Origin: Nitrospirota bacterium
GTDB taxonomy: Bacteria; Nitrospirota; Thermodesulfovibrionia; UBA6902; DSMQ01
Direction: 5' to 3'
Length of the DNA: 64,000 bases
Assembly: GCA_016212185.1 (NCBI GenBank)
Contig: JACRGX010000002.1
Span: 3,760-67,759, forward strand
Below the pieces are notes generated by a model that was given only the letters and a program-made list of their open reading frames with translations, did no database searches and was not told the origin of the DNA. The translations under genes and the position numbers were made by a program. Positions 58,705 through 64,000 of this stretch are shown one piece after another (within the stretch, counting starts at the first letter, position 1; the number at the start of each line of letters is the position of its first letter).

Positions 58705-59289
58705 ATGAAAAAGATAGAGTCCCTGCTGACATTGCAAAAATCCAAAAGGGATATATTCAGTTTGAATGACCTGAAAAAACTCCTGCGGATTGAGAGCGAC
58801 AACACCGCCTATGTACAGGCAAACAGACTGACATCGGACGGTATTCTGAAAAGAATAACCAAAGGGGTTTACTGCTTAAAGGACAGTAAACCCGATGACT
58901 TTGAGACGGCAAACTTTCTCTACAAGCCTTCATACATCTCTTTGGAATCGGCGTTAGCGTTCTACGGCATCTTGCTGCAGGCGCCTCAGACCATAACCTC
59001 TGTCACACCCAAAAGGGCAAAGAAGATTCATGCCGGGAACAGGGAATTCACTTATTCGCATCTGAATCAGAAGTATTATTCCGACTATATCAGAGAACAA
59101 GGCTTTATTATCTCAACGCCTGAGAAAGCGCTTATTGACACTATTTTTTTTGCCGGTTACGGAAGGATAGTAATACATCCCGAAGAATGGGTACTGAATA
59201 ATATTGATAAAAAGAGATTTAAAAAACTGTCTGAGAAAATTGAGAGCAGGATATTTAGGAATTACTTTAAATCACTAAGCATCTGTTAA
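58705..59289 (+). CDS. AbiEi-like type IV antitoxin
   Basis: N-terminal wHTH, KGVY, PSYISLESALAFYG, TPEKALID. Confidence 0.85.
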   Translation: MKKIESLLTLQKSKRDIFSLNDLKKLLRIESDNTAYVQANRLTSDGILKRITKGVYCLKDSKPDDFETANFLYKPSYISLESALAFYGILLQAPQTITSVTPKRAKKIHAGNREFTYSHLNQKYYSDYIREQGFIISTPEKALIDTIFFAGYGRIVIHPEEWVLNNIDKKRFKKLSEKIESRIFRNYFKSLSIC

Positions 59290-59293
59290 AAAT

Positions 59294-60049
59294 ATGCTCA
59301 GTAAAGAACAAATCAGGGAGTTGGCGCAGAAATTTGCCATTGATGAATTCTCTGTTATCAGGGAATATCTGCAAATTCTCTTTCTGTCAGAGCTTTATGA
59401 GCAGAAAGAGAGCTCTAAGATATATTTCAAAGGCGGCACAGCCCTCAGACTGCTTCTTAATTCATTCAGGTTTTCTGAAGACCTGGACTTTACCTCTCTG
59501 AGAACTCCTGATGAGTTAAAAAAAATTCTCGCCAGAGTTATCAGAGGGATAAACCTCATCGTGCCCGCCGCAGAACTCCGTCAGGTCAAAACCAACATCA
59601 ACAGCCTCACAGGTTTTTTGAAATATAAGACTGATGAAATGAAATTCCCGCTCAATATCCATCTGGAGTTTTCTTTAAGGGAAAAACCGCTAACAGAGAA
59701 AGACATCGTTCTTGAGACATTGTTTCCTGTCAGCCCGTACCCTGTTATAAAATGTCTTTCATGGGAAGAAGTCCTCGCGGAAAAAATCAGGGCATTGATG
59801 CACAGGGCAAAAGGCAGGGACCTGTTTGACATCTGGTATCTTCTCTCAAAGGGAACAGAAATTGACTGGATAATGACTGACAAGAAGATGTCCTTCTACA
59901 AGGAAAAAGTTACGCGTGAAGATGTTTTTAGCAAGATAAGCGTCTTTGACCAGAAGATACTGAAATTAGACCTCGGGAAGTTTCTGCCTTTAAGTCAAAG
60001 AAAAATCGCCGTGCATATTAAAGAGATGCTCATGGAGAAGCTGAAATAG
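59294..60049 (+). CDS. AbiEii/AbiGii nucleotidyltransferase toxin
   Basis: FKGGTALRL, RFSEDLDF, AEKIRA, RDLFD. Confidence 0.9.
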   Translation: MLSKEQIRELAQKFAIDEFSVIREYLQILFLSELYEQKESSKIYFKGGTALRLLLNSFRFSEDLDFTSLRTPDELKKILARVIRGINLIVPAAELRQVKTNINSLTGFLKYKTDEMKFPLNIHLEFSLREKPLTEKDIVLETLFPVSPYPVIKCLSWEEVLAEKIRALMHRAKGRDLFDIWYLLSKGTEIDWIMTDKKMSFYKEKVTREDVFSKISVFDQKILKLDLGKFLPLSQRKIAVHIKEMLMEKLK

Positions 60050-60072
60050 AGAATAGATTGATGCTAAAAGCA

Positions 60073-60330
60073 ATGACAAAGAAAAAACCGGCTAAAAGCA
60101 CAAGAGAATTTGACAGGCGTTTTGATGCCGGAGAGGACATTCATGACCTTTTAGATATGTCTAAGGCTGTAGTGGTCCGTCACGGCAAAAAAGTGCGCAT
60201 CACGCTGGATATTGCAGAATCTCTTGTCAAAGAGATTGACGATGTGCGCAAAAAGATAGGAGTTGACAGGAGCGCCCTGATAAAAATCTGGCTCCATGAA
60301 AAAGTAAAACAGGAAAAATCTGCCGCCTGA
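60073..60330 (+). CDS. BrnA/CopG-like RHH antitoxin (orphan)
   Basis: EFDRRFDAGEDI...RITLD...GVDRSALIKIWL. Confidence 0.78.
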   Translation: MTKKKPAKSTREFDRRFDAGEDIHDLLDMSKAVVVRHGKKVRITLDIAESLVKEIDDVRKKIGVDRSALIKIWLHEKVKQEKSAA

Positions 60331-60446
60331 ATTTTGAAGGTGTTTGAAAGAATGTTTGGGGTATTACGCTTTATCGGCAAAGCCGAAGCAAAAAAAAGGA
60401 AACCATTCCCTTGTCAAAAATGGTCTCCCTTGAATAATTTATTAAG

Positions 60447-61241
60447 TTATGGTGTAACCTGCACAGTTGTGCCAGATGCCTTACAGTTATTCCTCTCGTT
60501 GCTTTCAATCACTGCATTTGTGTCATCCGCGCAGGCAAGGAGGTAATATGTCTCTTGAGGCATATTTGCCGGAATAGTCACAGTTACACTTCTTATACCG
60601 CGCGAGGTTTCGCCCGGGTTCAGTACAGGCACCGCCCTGCTGCCGGTCAGGCGTCTATCTTTAGCGCTTATGTACTTGTTAGTGGAAAGGTAATAGCGCG
60701 TTGTAGATACGCCTGAGGCTATATTCCCCTGATTCTTAACTGTATCACTAAGTTTAAAACTGCTCCCGGCTGCAGCAGTTGTAGGCGGATTGGTTACAGA
60801 TATTTCAATAAGGTCAACTGCCTGACAATTACTGTCAGCAGAATCTATTGCCCCATCGCAGTCATTGTCAATTAAATCACTGCATGCAGGGTCGCCAAAC
60901 GGCCCTTCCACAGCGCCGGGGAAGACATTAGGATTACTGTCGTCACAATCCACAGGACCGCAAGTACCGCCTTCTGCTGCATATCCGTCTCCATCATTAT
61001 CTGTGCATTGTTCCGGATACTCATCAGCGCCAATGTCCGCTGCACTGTTGATTATCCTCGCCTCCCCGTCACAATCTGTAACCGGCAGTGATGGAGCAGT
61101 ATTCACACCCTTGTCAATGCACGGCGAGCCTGCCTGAAGATGAAGATGATTGCTTGAAGTAAGGACTATCAGACAATCTGCCTGAATGTTATTGCCCTGA
61201 CTATAATTATCAGTATCAGTTACAACAAGGTCTTCACTCAT
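60447..61241 (-). pseudogene. 5'-truncated surface-protein gene (beta-helix tail, MopE-like repeat, CARDB domain)
   Basis: LHLQAGSPCIDKG...DIGADE, DNDGDG...DNDCDG, VKNQG...ADDTNAVIESNERNNC; no signal peptide. Confidence 0.6.
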
Positions 61242-61461
61242 TGCCGTAACAAGGTCTGCGTTAAGACCGAGATCATTATTAAAAAGATTTACCGCAGCAT
61301 AAAATTCATTATATCTTATAGGTACTATAAGAATTTTTTATAATGGGTTTGTGCAAGGAGTGGATTGGGGTATTGCTTATTTGGTTCGTTTAAACAATTT
61401 CTAAAAATTTTTGTGGCGTTAATATCTGAAGGTCAAACGGTAACCGGTATCAATAACTATT

Positions 61462-61650
61462 TTATTTCTTTTTCCCGTAGGTTTTTCTCCTTACCGTCTT
61501 AACTGCATTATCAATGTCTTTCATTGTCAGCTTAGTCTTTCTAAATGCTTCTGCAGCCACTTTAAATGCCGCATCAAGCCTGTCCTCAGGAGAAAGCACG
61601 GAAAGGATGTAATCTTCCGGATTTATTTTCCTTACTGCAGCGATACCCAT
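61462..61650 (-). CDS. Small putative antitoxin
   Basis: GGAGG RBS; 62 aa; followed by a PIN-toxin remnant. Confidence 0.55.
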   Translation of the reverse strand: MGIAAVRKINPEDYILSVLSPEDRLDAAFKVAAEAFRKTKLTMKDIDNAVKTVRRKTYGKKK

Positions 61651-61912
61651 TTTAAACACCTCCCTCTCGGTAATTATTATTGATCTTCCCTGTGGCGAGA
61701 CCACAGGGAATCTAATGTAAGGAATTTCTTTATCATATTCGCTCGCTTGACCCCGTAGCAAGACCACGGGGAATACGCTCGCTATCCATTTATTTTATAT
61801 TAAAATATTTACTTTTTCTATTATAATTTTTTGACTATAGTTTTTGACTTTGTCAACTGTTTGTAAATAGTCAAAACTTTATGTTAATCTTTTAGACCTT
61901 CCGGAGAAACTT

Positions 61913-62461
61913 ATGGTAAAAAACGACCGCTGGGTTAAAGAGATGGCTGAAAAGGGGATGATAACGCCCTTTGCGGAAAATCAGGTGCGTGAAGGCGTAA
62001 TCTCCTACGGCATAAGCGCCTATGGTTATGACATGCGGATAACCGATAAGTTCAAGATTTTCACTAATGTAAATTCAGCAATAATTGACCCGAAGAAATT
62101 TGACCCAAACAGCCTTATTGATTTTAAAGGGAACGTCTGCATTATCCCTCCTAATTCCTTTGTGCTTGCTACATCCGTTGAATACTTCCACATCCCGCGG
62201 GATGTTATAGTCATCTGCCTTGGCAAATCCACTTATGCACGGTGCGGCATTGTTGTCAATGTAACGCCGCTTGAGCCTGAATGGGAAGGCCATGTCACTA
62301 TTGAAATCTCAAACACAACCCCCCTGCCTGCAAAAATATATGCAAACGAAGGCATTGCGCAGGTTATTTTTTTAGGCGCAGAGGAGATGTGCAGGGTTTC
62401 ATATAAAGACAAGGCCGGGAAATATCAGGCGCAGAAGGGGATAACGCTGCCAAAAATATAA
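61913..62461 (+). CDS. dcd: dCTP deaminase
   Basis: ISYGx[35 protein letters not shown]. Confidence 0.96.
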   Translation: MVKNDRWVKEMAEKGMITPFAENQVREGVISYGISAYGYDMRITDKFKIFTNVNSAIIDPKKFDPNSLIDFKGNVCIIPPNSFVLATSVEYFHIPRDVIVICLGKSTYARCGIVVNVTPLEPEWEGHVTIEISNTTPLPAKIYANEGIAQVIFLGAEEMCRVSYKDKAGKYQAQKGITLPKI

Positions 62462-62477
62462 CAGTGAACGGTGAACA

Positions 62478-63191
62478 GTGAACAGTGAACGAATCATCCT
62501 TGCCCTTGATGTATCGGATTTTGATGATGCCATGAGCATCGTCAACAAATTCAAAGACCACATTGATATTTTTAAGGTAGGCTCCGAGCTTTTTACAGCA
62601 GTCGGTCCCAAAATAATTGAAGAAATTAATTCAATAGGGAAAAAGGTCTTTCTTGACCTGAAATATCACGATATTCCAAACACGGTATCAAAAACTGCGT
62701 CAGTGGTATCAAGGCTCGGGGTCTTCATGTTCAATGTTCATACTCTCGGAGGGCTTGAGATGATGAAGCAGACAGCAGACACACTTACAAAAATGTCCCT
62801 TAAACACAATATTCCACAACCAAGACTACTCGGCGTAACAATTCTCACAAGCATTGACCAGAAAACGCTGACAGACGAACTCGGGATAGGGCAAAGGATG
62901 AAAACGCAGGTTAAACACCTTGCAGGGCTTGCGCTCAAGGCAGGGCTTGATGGTGTTGTTGCATCCCCTGAAGATATTGAGTCAATACGGTCGCACTGCG
63001 GAAAAGGATTTTTAATCGTCACTCCGGGAATCAGACCCTCGTGGGCGCCTATGGACGACCAGAAACGGACTATGACTCCAAAGGAGGCGCTAAACCTCGG
63101 CGCTGATTACATCGTCATAGGAAGAGCGGTCCTGGCACAAGCCGACCCGCTTACAGCATTAGAGAAGATTTTAGAGGAGTTAAGAGGTTAA
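62478..63191 (+). CDS. pyrF: Orotidine-5'-phosphate decarboxylase
   Basis: ILALD, FKVG, FLDLKYHDIPNT, VTILTS, PGIR, DDQKR, VIGR. Confidence 0.96.
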   Translation: MNSERIILALDVSDFDDAMSIVNKFKDHIDIFKVGSELFTAVGPKIIEEINSIGKKVFLDLKYHDIPNTVSKTASVVSRLGVFMFNVHTLGGLEMMKQTADTLTKMSLKHNIPQPRLLGVTILTSIDQKTLTDELGIGQRMKTQVKHLAGLALKAGLDGVVASPEDIESIRSHCGKGFLIVTPGIRPSWAPMDDQKRTMTPKEALNLGADYIVIGRAVLAQADPLTALEKILEELRG

Positions 63192-63197
63192 GATTAG

Positions 63198-63425
63198 TGG
63201 TCAGAGAAAAATCCTGATGGACGCTGGCGTGCATTTGATTACGAAGAACTAATAAACCGTGACAAAGCAAGCCTCGACATCTTCTGGCTCAAAGACAAAA
63301 GCCTTGAAGATTCCGAAAATCTACCCGAACCCGACATCATCGCCTGCGAAATTGTTGAAGACCTTGAATCAGCGATAGAGCAATTCAAACTTATTACTGA
63401 AGATTTAGGTGGGGAAAAACTTTAA
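63198..63425 (+). pseudogene. C-terminal remnant of a type I restriction-modification methylase (HsdM)
   Basis: Startless frame WSEKNPDGRWRAFDYEELINRDKASLDIFWLKDKSLEDSENLPEPDIIACEIVEDLESAIEQF. Confidence 0.75.
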
Positions 63426-63502
63426 GGCTTTATTGAAACAAACAATACAAAAAATGGTATATTCTTTAGAGTTTGAATTATTTTTTGCAAGGAGACAGAA
63501 AA

Positions 63503-63925
63503 ATGGCAAATGCAAAAGTTACCCTTGTTGACGGGATGCAATTTGTTGCCACTGCAGATTCAGGACATGCGGTAGTTATGGACAGCACGCAAAATGTCGG
63601 AGGGAATAATACCGGTTCAAGACCCATGGAGCTTCTTCTGATGGCATTCGGCGGCTGTTCGGGGATGGATGTCATCTCAATCTTAAGAAAGAAAAAACAG
63701 GATGTAAGGAAATTTGAGATTTATGTAAAGGGCGAAAAAGCTGAGACTGACCCGCATTATTACACTGACCTGCATATTGAATATGTTGTTACAGGCAAAG
63801 ACATTTCCGAAGACGCGGTAAAACGCGCGGTTGAACTTTCACTTGAGAAATACTGTTCTGTCGGCGCAACGCTCGGCAAGGCGGCAAAGATAACGCATTC
63901 GTATAAGATTGTTAAAGAGGATTGA
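63503..63925 (+). CDS. OsmC/YhfA-family protein
   Basis: RPMELLL..GGCSGMDV, LSLEKYCSV. Confidence 0.9.
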   Translation: MANAKVTLVDGMQFVATADSGHAVVMDSTQNVGGNNTGSRPMELLLMAFGGCSGMDVISILRKKKQDVRKFEIYVKGEKAETDPHYYTDLHIEYVVTGKDISEDAVKRAVELSLEKYCSVGATLGKAAKITHSYKIVKED

Positions 63926-64000
63926 AAAAAATGCACTTAGTATTTAGCATAAGGCACAGCAGCCTTCAAAATCTTTAGAAAGCAGCAACGATTATTATAT

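Noticed and set aside
61862..61890. Possible dif/Xer site (TTATGTTAAT)
   Set aside because: Only a XerD-like half matches; no XerC arm at the right spacing. More likely part of the dcd promoter region.

Overview
Bacterial chromosomal window, AT-rich. Gene content suggests an anaerobic sulfate reducer, probably Nitrospirota/Thermodesulfovibrionia-like (inference). In order: (1) PBP1A, thiL, a DUF2062 protein and an M50 protease. (2) An ~11 kb candidate organo-arsenic (arsenosugar/arsenolipid-like) cluster with a TIGR04282-type transferase, two GT2 enzymes, a beta-barrel, a TPR protein, a GT-C-like membrane protein, a PqqD-like/radical SAM/SPASM/ArsM fusion and a B12 radical SAM. (3) A toxin-antitoxin island containing a lipoprotein gene switched OFF by a (CAGA)8 repeat. 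(4) The adk-sat-aprBA-qmoABC-hppA sulfate activation cluster. (5) Two convergent NuoE/NuoF/Mo-enzyme-alpha operons. The left one has DRTGG/anti-sigma/PHP/kinase/REC regulators and an alpha subunit lacking the catalytic residues; the right one has a selenocysteine formate dehydrogenase followed by fhs. The two operons share two nested pairs of near-identical inverted repeats that could let them swap subunits or domains by inversion. (6) A c-di-GMP-I riboswitch upstream of a secreted beta-propeller protein, more TA modules and gene remnants, then dcd, pyrF and an OsmC protein. Many short palindromic and tandem 7-8-mer elements occur between genes and in frame inside genes. No rRNA, tRNA or CRISPR array was seen. 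All calls come from reading the sequence; no database searches were run.
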